Shown: positions 46,556 to 55,995 of the stretch, one piece after another
Layout of the letters: every line of letters starts with the position of its first letter
Position numbering within the stretch: the first letter of the stretch is position 1
NCBI GenBank assembly: GCA_018818885.1
Contig: JAHIRB010000035.1
Span: 1-55,995 of the forward strand
Length of the DNA: 55,995 bases
DNA from: Patescibacteria group bacterium
Lineage (GTDB): Bacteria > Patescibacteriota > Patescibacteriia > Buchananbacterales > SURF-54
Direction of reading: 5' to 3'
Notes under the pieces: model-generated
What the model saw: the letters and a program-made list of their open reading frames with translations, nothing else
Databases searched by the model: none
Told to the model about the DNA's origin: nothing
Position numbers and translations under genes: made by a program

Positions 46556-47938
46556 TTATAGTTTAGTCACGTCAATATACTTAGCTAGCAATGGATGTAC
46601 TTTTTCGATTTCTTCCCAAACTGAATAAGCAATTCTTCTATATGAGATATGTCCGGTTGGCCCGGTTCTTAATTTTACAAAATGATGAAGCTCTCGTAAA
46701 TTCCAAGTAAACAAAACTTTTTTTCTAAATGCTAGTGAGGCAACATATTGAGCTTCTTGTGGGAAATCAGCATGGATTTTTTCAAAAGCATTTTGACTTT
46801 TTTCCATACATTCAACATAGTAGTCTTTTAGCCGAGCTTCTTCGATTTCATCTGGAATTTCGTAGCCATGTTTTGTTGTCACCATCTGATTAGTTTGTGT
46901 ACACATTCTGTGTCGTTGAATATCGCGGAATGCTCCGTAGTCAAGCAAAATATCAAAAGTATAATTAATGTGCTCGAGTTCACGTAGCGGTCTATCAAAT
47001 TTGCCTAAACGTTTTAGCGCTATATCAATTACTTCTTCTTTTTCTTTTTGTTCCATTTTTTTAACATTACGTTGTACTTGTTTGTATGGAAAATCAGAAA
47101 ATCGATAGAGTAGTGTTGTTACGAGCTTGTCATCGGCATCTTGATCAAAATCAATTAGCTCAACAGGTTTAGAAGTTTCTATGTCGTGGATAGGCAGGAT
47201 TTTATTTGTCATTTTGGTTAATTCATCTGTTGTTTCTTTTAAGTATTCATTTAGGTTGGCATATTTAATTAGAGTAGGAGTGACTTTTTGCGCAGCAACT
47301 TTTAGCTCCTCCCCGATTTGCTGCATCTCTTCTAGGGGATGTGAAAGCAATTTAGCAATGGCATATTCGAGATTTCTGGCGTTGGCTGTCATACCTAGAT
47401 TAGTTAAAGTTGCTACAGGCAAAATATATCTTACATTATCGCAAGTTTTTGCTTTTAGCCTTGCAGCGTGGAGTTTGTCTGCAACATCGTTTTCTTTTGG
47501 AAATTTTTTTACAATAAATTCGTTCATTGGTTCGTATAGATTATTGTAAGTATCCATCAAGAAATCACAAGTTTCAATGTACAGTTTTCCGTATTTAGAT
47601 TTTAAAATGTTATTTGGTTTGTAGTATTTGTCGCGATCGTATACTTGATAGCGAGTTGATTTTTCTGTGTACGAACAAAGTCGATTGTCCTCGATAACTT
47701 TTGTTGCCAAGATAGAGACATTTTCTATAGCCAAAGAAAATACTGCATGTTCTGCAACAGAGGAATGTCCATAGCCGACAATCCATTTTTCAGAAAAATC
47801 AGCTGATGTTTCGTCGGTTAGTTCATCAGCAATATCTTGAAAGCTTTCTGGACTTCGGCTGCATTTAGCAAATGCAACAGCAACGACCTCCGGTGGAAGG
47901 CCGTTAAGTGAATATATTTCTCTTTTATTTTTTTCCAT
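46556..47938 (-). CDS. thyX: FAD-dependent thymidylate synthase, tandem-domain form
   Basis: GHSSVAEH, TEKSTRYQ, RELEH, FRDIQRHR, HFVKLR. Confidence 0.85.
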   Translation of the reverse strand: MEKNKREIYSLNGLPPEVVAVAFAKCSRSPESFQDIADELTDETSADFSEKWIVGYGHSSVAEHAVFSLAIENVSILATKVIEDNRLCSYTEKSTRYQVYDRDKYYKPNNILKSKYGKLYIETCDFLMDTYNNLYEPMNEFIVKKFPKENDVADKLHAARLKAKTCDNVRYILPVATLTNLGMTANARNLEYAIAKLLSHPLEEMQQIGEELKVAAQKVTPTLIKYANLNEYLKETTDELTKMTNKILPIHDIETSKPVELIDFDQDADDKLVTTLLYRFSDFPYKQVQRNVKKMEQKEKEEVIDIALKRLGKFDRPLRELEHINYTFDILLDYGAFRDIQRHRMCTQTNQMVTTKHGYEIPDEIEEARLKDYYVECMEKSQNAFEKIHADFPQEAQYVASLAFRKKVLFTWNLRELHHFVKLRTGPTGHISYRRIAYSVWEEIEKVHPLLAKYIDVTKL

Positions 47939-47941
47939 GGT

Positions 47942-50326
47942 TTATGGGATTATAAACGCACGTTGCCAGCTTGAAAGTTCTTTGGTTCGTTGATATTCGT
48001 AATGATTAAAGACTGGTCCAGCAGCAAGTATTAATTCATCATTTGGAGTTTTATAGATAACAATTAGCAAATTTAGGTTTTCAATCACTTCATTTAAGTA
48101 ATTGCCTTGATTTTGAGTGAATATCCTTTGATCAAAATTAACATTTCTGGTGGAAAAGTCAAGGTTACCAATTAATTGTTCTAATTGTTTATAAAATTTG
48201 TTTATAAATTCAATTTCATCAAAATCAAGTGATTGGTTTTGTAATTCTTTAATAGCAATACTTTTTAGACGAGTTAAAATTTCTATATTATTATCCAGCT
48301 TTTCAATAATTGAATCTGCACTAGAAATAATTTCGAGATCAATAAGAGCATTCTTAAGCATTTCGTTTAAAGCAATTACACTATTGTAGTAATCTGGAAA
48401 TGGTTCAACGTAGCCATAATCAATAATGGTAGAAGAAATTCTTCTATCGTCGGATTTTCTTTGAAAAAATTTTATATCGTATTTTTTTCTAAGATTAAAT
48501 CTTGTTGCTAATACACTGTTAAGCATTTTTTGATTCCAAACCTCACTTTGCATGAATGTTGGATAAGTAGAAGGTATATCTAACAATGTCATATTAAGAT
48601 TTTGAAGTGTTGCCCAATATATGTTGCCTAGCCAAGTATATCTATCAAATTGTGAAATTTCATCTTGGAGTTTTTGTACATTAGCTTCGTAATTTTGGTA
48701 GTTGTGATTATTTTGGCTTGCAATAATATTCGTAGCAGTCTCAAAATCAAGTAACGAAACTACATCTAGAGTTGTTGGAACACATCGTGTTAGATTGCCA
48801 GATAAGTTACAATAAGTAGAAGGTTCGTTACCACGGGCAGGAGCCTCTCCTATATAGGTTACGACTCTTGGATGTGTCAGTTTATTAAAAAGAAAGTTTT
48901 CAGTTGAAAATTCAGAGCGTAGCAGCTTAAGACCTTTTTTAGCAGTTTGTTTTTGGCTACCTTCAATTTCTAACAAGCTGTAAGTTTCTAATTTATTTTG
49001 AAGCAAAGCTAAATTTTCTTCAAATTGAGGATTGTCTGGATGAAAAATATTTTCTACGTTAAAATCAGGACCAAACAATTCTATCAAAGCATCTAAATAA
49101 TGTAGGTAAGTAAAATCATATTCAAGACCTTGAAAAAAAGAAAGTGTTTTGTAAATTTTAAGCCACAAATTTCTTGCTTCTTTATCATCTCTAAAATCCT
49201 GTGCTATCATAGCTGCTGCAACGGTGGCAATTTTGTGATCATCTTTATCTAAAATACAATCAGAACAGCTCTCGTCCTTGGCATATAAAGGAAACAAGGC
49301 TTCAGAATAGAACTTTGCAGCTAAAGAATAATTTTTTAATTTTTCCGAAGATTGGTAAGCAGTATTTGGAGTAAAGATATTGTAATTTTTTTGATATAAG
49401 AAAAGAGGGGATTTAGTTGTTGTGTTATGATTATATATTAATTGTAGTTCTTTATTAACTTGAGAACTAATTGTATCTGGTAGATTGTATTTATATTGAG
49501 TATTATCTGTAGGTGAAAAAAACTTTTTTTCTAAACCAGCACTAATGCCTTCGTCTTTGATCTGATGAGACTTTGGTTTTAATAATTCTAGGGCAGTAGC
49601 AAAAAATGCTGTTTCTAAACGAGTGGCTTCTATAAACTGATCTGATTCAATTTGTGTACCTTGGCGGTATTGGTCGAATCTAAATTTTGCTTTGTTATAT
49701 AATTTTTCAGTGACCTGCCAGACTGTTTGATAGAAAACTTCTTGTTCGATTTCTTTAAACATAGTGTACAGCTGAACCTGATTAAGGTATTCAACCGAAT
49801 CAACTGTTACTAAAACAGGGATTACATTGTTATTAAGAGTATAGTAGGCAGTTTCGAAATCTCTGTTTTCTCCCCCAAAAGGATAACTAGTAACAACAAA
49901 ACCATTATTTTCTAGATTTTTTTCTACATGATCTAAATTAATTTTTCGTGAGAGATCTCTATAATTTAAAACGTCAGTTTTAATATTTATAGGTAGCTCA
50001 TATTGCGCCACTTGCGATGTATAAACAAAATCAATAGGCATGTAGTATTCAGCAAAAAGTTTTCTTTCTTTTGACGTTACTTCAACGCCTGTTACCCCGT
50101 CTCCAACAGGGAATTTATCGATAGAAAAAGGTAAATGGGAATTAATGTTTGGGTTTTGATTTGTTATAACATTAATATTCTGGTTTGGCGTTGGTTCTTG
50201 ATTAAACATTCTAATTAGATAACCACTTAAAACACTTATCAAAACAACCAAAATCAATGCACTAACACTAATAATTATTAGAAGTTTGAATTTTGAATCC
50301 ATATGATTATCCTCCTGTACTGCCAA
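47942..50326 (-). CDS. DUF3160-like membrane-anchored protein
   Basis: N-terminal TM; NGFVV, GYVEPFPDYY, GPVFNHYEY motifs. Confidence 0.65.
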   Translation of the reverse strand: MAVQEDNHMDSKFKLLIIISVSALILVVLISVLSGYLIRMFNQEPTPNQNINVITNQNPNINSHLPFSIDKFPVGDGVTGVEVTSKERKLFAEYYMPIDFVYTSQVAQYELPINIKTDVLNYRDLSRKINLDHVEKNLENNGFVVTSYPFGGENRDFETAYYTLNNNVIPVLVTVDSVEYLNQVQLYTMFKEIEQEVFYQTVWQVTEKLYNKAKFRFDQYRQGTQIESDQFIEATRLETAFFATALELLKPKSHQIKDEGISAGLEKKFFSPTDNTQYKYNLPDTISSQVNKELQLIYNHNTTTKSPLFLYQKNYNIFTPNTAYQSSEKLKNYSLAAKFYSEALFPLYAKDESCSDCILDKDDHKIATVAAAMIAQDFRDDKEARNLWLKIYKTLSFFQGLEYDFTYLHYLDALIELFGPDFNVENIFHPDNPQFEENLALLQNKLETYSLLEIEGSQKQTAKKGLKLLRSEFSTENFLFNKLTHPRVVTYIGEAPARGNEPSTYCNLSGNLTRCVPTTLDVVSLLDFETATNIIASQNNHNYQNYEANVQKLQDEISQFDRYTWLGNIYWATLQNLNMTLLDIPSTYPTFMQSEVWNQKMLNSVLATRFNLRKKYDIKFFQRKSDDRRISSTIIDYGYVEPFPDYYNSVIALNEMLKNALIDLEIISSADSIIEKLDNNIEILTRLKSIAIKELQNQSLDFDEIEFINKFYKQLEQLIGNLDFSTRNVNFDQRIFTQNQGNYLNEVIENLNLLIVIYKTPNDELILAAGPVFNHYEYQRTKELSSWQRAFIIP

Positions 50327-50732
50327 ACCTACCTTCTTTTCGGCTAGTATCGCTTAATATTTCAACTTCTTCTAGTTGCGCCTGCGTGATTGGTACGATT
50401 AGCAATTGAGCAATTTTTTGCCCTTTTTTTATTTCAAAAATATTTTTTCCTAAATTGGTTAAACAAACATTGTATTCACCACGGTAGCTCGAATCAAAAA
50501 CTCCACCAAGGGTGTGTAAGTGGTCAACGTTAGCTCGACCACCCTTATCATTTACCAGCGCAACATATTCTTTTGTAAATTCTAGCGCAAAACCTAAAAA
50601 GAAAGTTTTAATCTCGCCTGGTTTTAGGCTGTAGTCTTCAAGTGAATATAAATCGAGTCCAGCATCGCCTAGATGAGCATAATTTGGAGTTATAGCTTCC
50701 TCATTTAGTTTTTTAAAGTTGACTTTCATCAA
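50307..50732 (-). CDS. dut: dUTP diphosphatase
   Basis: AGLDL, GVFDSSYRGE, IAQL, R.EGRFGSTG. Confidence 0.95.
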   Translation of the reverse strand: MMKVNFKKLNEEAITPNYAHLGDAGLDLYSLEDYSLKPGEIKTFFLGFALEFTKEYVALVNDKGGRANVDHLHTLGGVFDSSYRGEYNVCLTNLGKNIFEIKKGQKIAQLLIVPITQAQLEEVEILSDTSRKEGRFGSTGG

Positions 50733-50795
50733 TTATAGTAGAGCTGTTATTATTAGTAATTTTAGCACATAATCAAGTATGAGTGCTAGTAGGAA

Positions 50796-51356
50796 TTATT
50801 TTAATTTTGAAATCATTTGATCTAATTTTTTATATAGATCTTTTTTTGTAGAGTTATTATCAATTACGATTTTGGCTTTTTTGGCAACTGTTTTAATTAA
50901 GCGATCTGCTTCACTATTTTGGAGTTTTTTAAACTCTGCCATTGAGTTTTTTTTGTCGTCAGAATATTGTTTTCGTTTTTTAATTCTGGCAAATCTTATA
51001 TTCTCGCTGGCTGTAACATAAACTAATTTGAAGCCATGAATTTTGCTTAGATGTCTGATGTCAGGAAACCTACGGATGCCATCTGCAATCACAATTTTCC
51101 TTTTATCATTTTTTACATTTTCTGCAATAATTTTTGCTAAGATATCTTGTCCAAAAGTTTCGCGCAAACTTTGAGAAAGTTTTTGCAAGTTAGCTCGTGT
51201 TTCTTCTAAATAAAGTTTTTTGGCAGTCTCTCTTAAGGGAGAAGAAAAAATATAATAGCCAGCTTTGTATTTTTTAATTAGATATTCAGAAGCACATCCT
51301 TTACCCGAAGCTAGTTCACCAACAAAACCAATAATTATTTTATTCATTTTTTTCAA
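50796..51356 (-). CDS. P-loop nucleoside monophosphate kinase-like protein
   Basis: GELASGKG, DGIRR..D. Confidence 0.75.
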   Translation of the reverse strand: MKKMNKIIIGFVGELASGKGCASEYLIKKYKAGYYIFSSPLRETAKKLYLEETRANLQKLSQSLRETFGQDILAKIIAENVKNDKRKIVIADGIRRFPDIRHLSKIHGFKLVYVTASENIRFARIKKRKQYSDDKKNSMAEFKKLQNSEADRLIKTVAKKAKIVIDNNSTKKDLYKKLDQMISKLK

Positions 51357-51825
51357 AGTTTATTTTTAGTTTTGGAATATAATGACGATATTTGACCCCA
51401 GCTAAATCCAAAAGTTTTCTTGATGCTACCCATTCATCATTATCATGGTATTTGTCGCTAGCAAAAATAATTTCGTTAATTCCGCATTGGATCAAAGTTT
51501 TCGCGCATTCATTGCAGGGAAATAATGAAGTATATACTTTACAGCCCGTGGTTGGTTTGTTTGCGTTATAGACTGCATTTTCTTCTGCATGCACAACATA
51601 GGCGTATTTTGAATTCAAAAAATCACCTTCGCGTGTCCAAGGTAATTTATCATCAGAACAATTTCTTGGAAAGCCATTGTAGCCAAGCCCAACTACTACA
51701 TTATTTTCGTCGACAATTACAGCCCCAGCTTGTGTTGATGGGTCTTTAGATCGTTGAGAAATAACATATGCTATTTGCATAAAACATTCATCCCAAGAAA
51801 GATAGTCTTTATTTTTTTCAGACAT
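51340..51825 (-). CDS. dCMP deaminase
   Basis: SKDPSTQ.GA, GYNGFPR, HAEENA, FPCNEC. Confidence 0.93.
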   Translation of the reverse strand: MSEKNKDYLSWDECFMQIAYVISQRSKDPSTQAGAVIVDENNVVVGLGYNGFPRNCSDDKLPWTREGDFLNSKYAYVVHAEENAVYNANKPTTGCKVYTSLFPCNECAKTLIQCGINEIIFASDKYHDNDEWVASRKLLDLAGVKYRHYIPKLKINFEKNE

Positions 51826-51992
51826 TTTGATGTTAATTCATGTTATTAGTTACTAAATTATTATAATAGAAAATTAGGTTTTGGGCAATATCAATATATT
51901 TGACTTATATAGTGAAATTTGTTATTTTGTATAATCACGTTCAATAAATGAAAACAGTGAAGTTAAGGATATTAAGAAAGGGAGGGTCAAGG

Positions 51993-52235
51993 ATGCAAGA
52001 ACCTGTTGTAGTAGAAAGAGACACAATTGAAGGAGTGCGAGTTAGCACAATTATCGAAACTGTCGAAAAAGTAGTTCGAATAGTGTCGGAACTATTGGGT
52101 ACTGAACAGGTGGGATGGTTTGGGATTTTCGATTGGGAAGAACCGGTCGAAAGATTTATGCGGCGATTTCCCGAACATACTGGTCGTTTTGACGATAATT
52201 GGGAAAAGTGCGCAGTCACAACTGCCAAAAGTTGA
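51993..52235 (+). CDS. hypothetical protein; may be the 5' part of a frameshifted gene
   Basis: GAAAGGGAGG SD before ATG 51993. Confidence 0.55.
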   Translation: MQEPVVVERDTIEGVRVSTIIETVEKVVRIVSELLGTEQVGWFGIFDWEEPVERFMRRFPEHTGRFDDNWEKCAVTTAKS

Positions 52236-52498
52236 CCAATAAGGGTGAGTTTTTGAGTAGCTGGCAGGTTCGTTTTACAAGGTATTATACTGCTGGCGCC
52301 ATCGTAGTACAATGTAGAGAAAGAAAACTCGTTCTTTCATTCAAAGGAGGGCAAACGGAATTCGTCGACGAAGCGATTGTTTTGGGGATCGCCTATTTGC
52401 TCAACTGGGCGAACTGCGACGACATAACGAAAATCGCTGAAATGAGTAGCAATCCAGAATTTGACGAAATTCACGAACACATAAAGAGGAATCGATAG
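52199..52498 (+). CDS. hypothetical protein; may be the 3' part of a frameshifted gene
   Basis: TTG start without SD; overlaps the previous ORF by 37 nt; followed by a GCGGCAC/GTGTCGC terminator. Confidence 0.45.
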   Translation: MGKVRSHNCQKLTNKGEFLSSWQVRFTRYYTAGAIVVQCRERKLVLSFKGGQTEFVDEAIVLGIAYLLNWANCDDITKIAEMSSNPEFDEIHEHIKRNR

Positions 52499-52707
52499 AA
52501 GATTCCATAAAGAATAAAAGGGCGGCACGAAGCTTGTGTCGCATTTCTTTTATTTCGTAGGCTAGACGTCGACGTCTCGCCTGCAGAAAATAAAAATGGT
52601 CGGGGCTAGGCCCCGACCTACGTGATGTATGAATAATTGTGTTTTTATTTATTTGTTTCAACCTTGATTCCTGAACCTTACCCAATATATAATGATGTGT
52701 TGTTTTA

Positions 52708-53400
52708 TTATTTTTCTTTTGTGAGTTCTACCTTGATACCAGGTCCCATACTAGAACTAATACTGACATTCTTTAAATAAATACCTTTTATTCCTTGTGG
52801 TCTTGCTTTTACAACAGAAGCTAGCATTGCCTGGAAGTTTTCTTTTAGTTTATTTTTTCCAAAAGAAACTTTTCCAATGACCACGTGAATGTTTGCAGTG
52901 TCGTCTGTCTTAAAATTTACTTTACCACCTTTTAGTTCTAAAATAGTTTTTTTAATATTTTTGGTAACGGTTTCATTTTTTGGTGAAGGCATTAAACCTT
53001 TTGGTCCTAAGGTTTTAGCAATTTGTGCAAGATCTTTCATCATTTCTGGTTCTGCTACTGCTATTTCAAAATCAATCTTTCCAGTAGTTTTAATTTTTTC
53101 AATTAGGTCCTTACCACCAACTAAGTCTGCTCCTGCTTCCTTTGCTTCTTTTTCGGTTGGGGGAGTTACAAACGCTGCAACTTTTTTAGATTTACCTGTT
53201 CCGTGAGGTAGTACAACCCCAGCTCTAACTTGCTGTTCGCCTTTTGATGGGTTAATTCCCAAATTAAAGTGTGCCTCTACAGAAGCATCAAATTTTGTTT
53301 TTGATGTTTTTTGTAGCAAGCCCAAGGCTTCATCAATTGGATAAAGCTTGTCTTTTTCCACTTGCTTCTTTAATTCATTATAATGTTTTGATCTAGACAT
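52708..53400 (-). CDS. rplA: 50S ribosomal protein L1
   Basis: KFDASVE, LPHGTGK, LGPKGLMPSPK, MGPG. Confidence 0.98.
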   Translation of the reverse strand: MSRSKHYNELKKQVEKDKLYPIDEALGLLQKTSKTKFDASVEAHFNLGINPSKGEQQVRAGVVLPHGTGKSKKVAAFVTPPTEKEAKEAGADLVGGKDLIEKIKTTGKIDFEIAVAEPEMMKDLAQIAKTLGPKGLMPSPKNETVTKNIKKTILELKGGKVNFKTDDTANIHVVIGKVSFGKNKLKENFQAMLASVVKARPQGIKGIYLKNVSISSSMGPGIKVELTKEK

Positions 53401-53414
53401 AAAAAGATTTCTTT

Positions 53415-53496
53415 ACTTGGTGCAAGCGCATTGTTCGACTACCCGCTTCGCCGAAAATTTTTTTATCAGCTAGGCGAGAAACAACACTCCCACTTA
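53415..53496 (-). promoter_or_regulatory. possible L1 autoregulatory leader
   Basis: GTGGGAG...GCACCA on the minus strand between rplK and rplA; weak match recalled from L1-binding sites. Confidence 0.35.
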
Positions 53497-53508
53497 AAGA
53501 TTAGTTAA

Positions 53509-53934
53509 TTATTCAGTTACCTCTAACCCCATTTGTCTAGCGGTACCTTCGATTATTCTTGAAGCTGCATCAACATCCTTGGCATTTAAATCTGCCATTT
53601 TTATTGTGGCAATTTCTTTTAGTTGTTTACGTGTTACTTTCCCAACTTTTTCTGCTAATGGTTTTCCAGACCCTTTTTTGATTCCAGCTGCTTTTTTTAA
53701 TAATTCTGCAGCTGGTGGGGTTTTGGTGATGAAGGTATAAGTTTTGTCTTCAAAAATAGTTAATTCAACAGGCACAACATCACCCATGTTTTCTTTAGTA
53801 GCTTCGTTAAACTTTGTACAAAATTCACCAATATTAAGACCATGTTGCCCTAAAGCTGGACCTATTGGAGGAGCGGGTGTAGCTTGGCCTGCTGGTATTT
53901 GTAGTTTTACAATTGTTTTTACTTTCTTAGCCAT
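53509..53934 (-). CDS. rplK: 50S ribosomal protein L11
   Basis: [26 protein letters not shown]. Confidence 0.98.
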   Translation of the reverse strand: MAKKVKTIVKLQIPAGQATPAPPIGPALGQHGLNIGEFCTKFNEATKENMGDVVPVELTIFEDKTYTFITKTPPAAELLKKAAGIKKGSGKPLAEKVGKVTRKQLKEIATIKMADLNAKDVDAASRIIEGTARQMGLEVTE

Positions 53935-53943
53935 AGTTTAGTA

Positions 53944-54489
53944 TTATATTTTTTTTACTTGTAAAAAGTCAAGTTCTACTGGAGTTTCACGTCCAAACAT
54001 AGAAACAAGGACTTTGATTTTACCACGCGCGTCATCTACATTAGAAACTTTACCCTCATAGCCTTTGAAAGGGCCGTCGGAAATTCTAACTGGTGCGCCA
54101 ACAGTAACATCAATAATGTATTTGGGTTCTTCTACCCCCATTCTTTTTTGTAAATTTTTAATTTCGTTTTCAGAAATCGGTGTTGGAGTAGTTCCGGTAC
54201 CAATAAAGCCAGTTACGTTTGGAGTGTTACGTACAACATACCAAGAGCTATCATCTACTACCATTTCTACCATAACATAACCTGGAAAGATTTTTTCTGT
54301 CACAATTTTTCTTTTACCGTTTTTAATCTTAATTTTTTTCTCAGTCGGTATCAAGACACTAAAAATCTTATCTTCCATATCCATACTTTCAATTCTTTGT
54401 TCTAAATTTCTTTTTACATTTTCTTCGTAACCAGAATAAGTATGAATAACATACCATAGCTTACCTCGTTGTACGACTTGTTTTGGCAT
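53944..54489 (-). CDS. nusG: transcription termination/antitermination factor NusG
   Basis: WYVIHTYSGYE, FPGYV, VRNTPNVTGF, KOW domain, FGRETPVEL. Confidence 0.98.
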   Translation of the reverse strand: MPKQVVQRGKLWYVIHTYSGYEENVKRNLEQRIESMDMEDKIFSVLIPTEKKIKIKNGKRKIVTEKIFPGYVMVEMVVDDSSWYVVRNTPNVTGFIGTGTTPTPISENEIKNLQKRMGVEEPKYIIDVTVGAPVRISDGPFKGYEGKVSNVDDARGKIKVLVSMFGRETPVELDFLQVKKI

Positions 54490-54499
54490 AGTGTTGAGT

Positions 54500-54582
54500 T
54501 AATTTGAGTTATTGGTGAAATTGGAGTTATTAGAGTCGGCTACTCTAATCTCTATAATAACTACAATCTCTATAATCTCTTT
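54500..54582. repeat. periodic inverted repeat hairpin
   Basis: GAGTTATT/ATTAGAG units against CTCTAAT/CTCTATAAT units. Confidence 0.6.
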
Positions 54583-54588
54583 TTATTT

Positions 54589-54780
54589 TTAACTTATTAC
54601 TAATTGAAAGCCTAGGGTCAAAATATAATCCACAATACCCAAAAAGGCAGCAACAGCCAAACTAATACCTATAACTAGTAATGTGTGGTTACGGGTTGTT
54701 TTTTTAGTAGGCCAAACTACTTTTTTTAGCTCTGATTTTGAAGCTTTAATGTAATTAACTACCTTTGAAATTATTTGCAT
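54589..54780 (-). CDS. secE: preprotein translocase subunit SecE
   Basis: ELKKVVWPT, FLGIVD. Confidence 0.95.
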   Translation of the reverse strand: MQIISKVVNYIKASKSELKKVVWPTKKTTRNHTLLVIGISLAVAAFLGIVDYILTLGFQLVIS

Positions 54781-54905
54781 ATTTTTTGTATTTTAATTGG
54801 ATTTTAAAAAGCCCTTTTGGAGGACTTGTATTGTATAGTTATATTATAGTATTATTGAAAATCTGTCAAGGTAGTGATTTTGTTGATAATTTTGTTGTTT
54901 TTGTA

Positions 54906-54934
54906 TTGACAAAAAGTAATTATTAGAATATATT
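54906..54934 (+). promoter_or_regulatory. promoter of the downstream secreted-protein gene
   Basis: TTGACA-17-TATATT. Confidence 0.55.
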
Positions 54935-55168
54935 GATGGTAAGTTTTTCATAAAAAATTACTTAATATTTGGTTTTTAAATCATGTTTAAGAAAGGGGGG
55001 GCAACTAACCAAAAACATGAGGGCTAAATGTTAAGTTCTTGATAGCAAATCCTATGGAACATCGAAAAGAAACACTAGAACAAGAACCAAAATCAAGAAG
55101 CTAAGTTTCAAATCTGCAGATTCGAAACAACGTAAGAAAAGAAGAAAACAAACCATAGGAGAACCTAC

Positions 55169-55783
55169 ATGAAAAAACTGTGTATATTACTTGCGCTTGG
55201 TATGGTCGTAGCGCTAACGCTGTCAGTGAATGCTGGCACGATAGACTCCGCCGGAAACATTTCTTTGCGGACCATCACGACCATCATGCAAGTCGACCAA
55301 ACCGTCCAGGCTCGAGCGCCTGGACAAGTGGAAACTCTTGTTTCTTTTAACTCCGACTATGAGGCCGAGCATAACATCGTGGTATTAACCAATACACCCG
55401 CGGTGGCTCCAAAACTTATCAATGAAGATCAGTACACTGCGTTCCTGGCTCGAGCGCCGGGACACGAAGGTTTTGACGCAGTAACGTACAGAATCGAGGC
55501 GGAGCCAAGCGCATCCCTCAGTGGGATAATGGCTCAAGACATTACTTTGTTCGCTGACGATATCAGTCGAGACGGCGAGTGCCCGAATGCGCATCAGACA
55601 AATACGCGCGTGTCTGCGGTAAATTCCATTGACTACGGCTCGGGAGGATATACCGGATCGTCGTTGAGTGTTTACATCGCGATAGAAGAGGGCGCCATGG
55701 ATGAAATCCAAATCGACGCGACGGGAGGAGCCGCGGTACTAAAAACGATAGTCTTACAGACGGCCTTGGTCGTCACCTGCTGA
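55169..55783 (+). CDS. secreted hypothetical protein
   Basis: Signal peptide MKKLCILLALGMVVALTLSVNA; AGGAG SD; internal duplicated ARAPG motif. Confidence 0.8.
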   Translation: MKKLCILLALGMVVALTLSVNAGTIDSAGNISLRTITTIMQVDQTVQARAPGQVETLVSFNSDYEAEHNIVVLTNTPAVAPKLINEDQYTAFLARAPGHEGFDAVTYRIEAEPSASLSGIMAQDITLFADDISRDGECPNAHQTNTRVSAVNSIDYGSGGYTGSSLSVYIAIEEGAMDEIQIDATGGAAVLKTIVLQTALVVTC

Positions 55784-55814
55784 TCCGTCATACCGAGTAC
55801 GGTAAAGCAGTTCA

Positions 55815-55853
55815 TCCCCCCGAGGTAACTTAGTTGCTTCGGGGGATTTTTTT
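55815..55853 (+). terminator. intrinsic terminator
   Basis: CCCCCGAGG...CTTCGGGGG-ATTTTTTT. Confidence 0.75.
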
Positions 55854-55995
55854 ATGTGAAAATTTTATGATAATGTCCTACTTAAGACAAATAGAAATGT
55901 CCTACCTAATGTGTTAAGGTGTTTAGTTATTTAATAAACTAAACACTAAAATCACATGGATACTAACATTACTATGTCTTTACCAGAGGTAAAAA

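Noticed and set aside
52221-52235. Programmed -1 frameshift between the overlapping ORFs
   Set aside because: No X XXY YYZ slippery heptamer in the zero frame (GCC AAA AGT).
54780-54900. tRNA-Trp or rpmG, often found upstream of secE
   Set aside because: No cloverleaf, TTC-loop motif or L33-like ORF is visible; no tRNA or rRNA gene was recognised in the window.

Overview
AT-rich bacterial chromosome segment using genetic code 11. It is most likely Patescibacteria/CPR, an inference from gene repertoire, mostly SD-less starts and CPR-style palindromic repeats. The left part (+ strand) carries an IS481-like end, pheS, pheT, dnaE, a T-box-controlled GNAT-thrS unit, miaB and miaA. The right part (- strand) carries a full de novo pyrimidine cluster (pyrF/E/C, carB/A, pyrK/D/B), gatB, tmk, a thyX-like gene, dut, dCMP deaminase, rplA, rplK, nusG and secE. 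Between them (17.46-30.82 kb) lies the main finding, a non-canonical integron-like system. A short (270 aa) IntI-like tyrosine recombinase lacking the IntI-specific insertion is transcribed divergently from an attI-like site and 13 cassettes. The 13 attC-like sites share an unusual geometry: 11-bp Xer-like arms, a site-specific 11-bp stem and, in most sites, a three-way junction. Seven of them are 446-1045 bp long and carry 9 whole genes inside their loop, including a protease, a tandem two-gene sub-array, an antisense transcription unit and a toxin-antitoxin operon. Almost every gene is closed by its own inverted repeat, usually including the stop codon. All coordinates were read by hand and no searches were run, so novelty relative to the literature is unverified.
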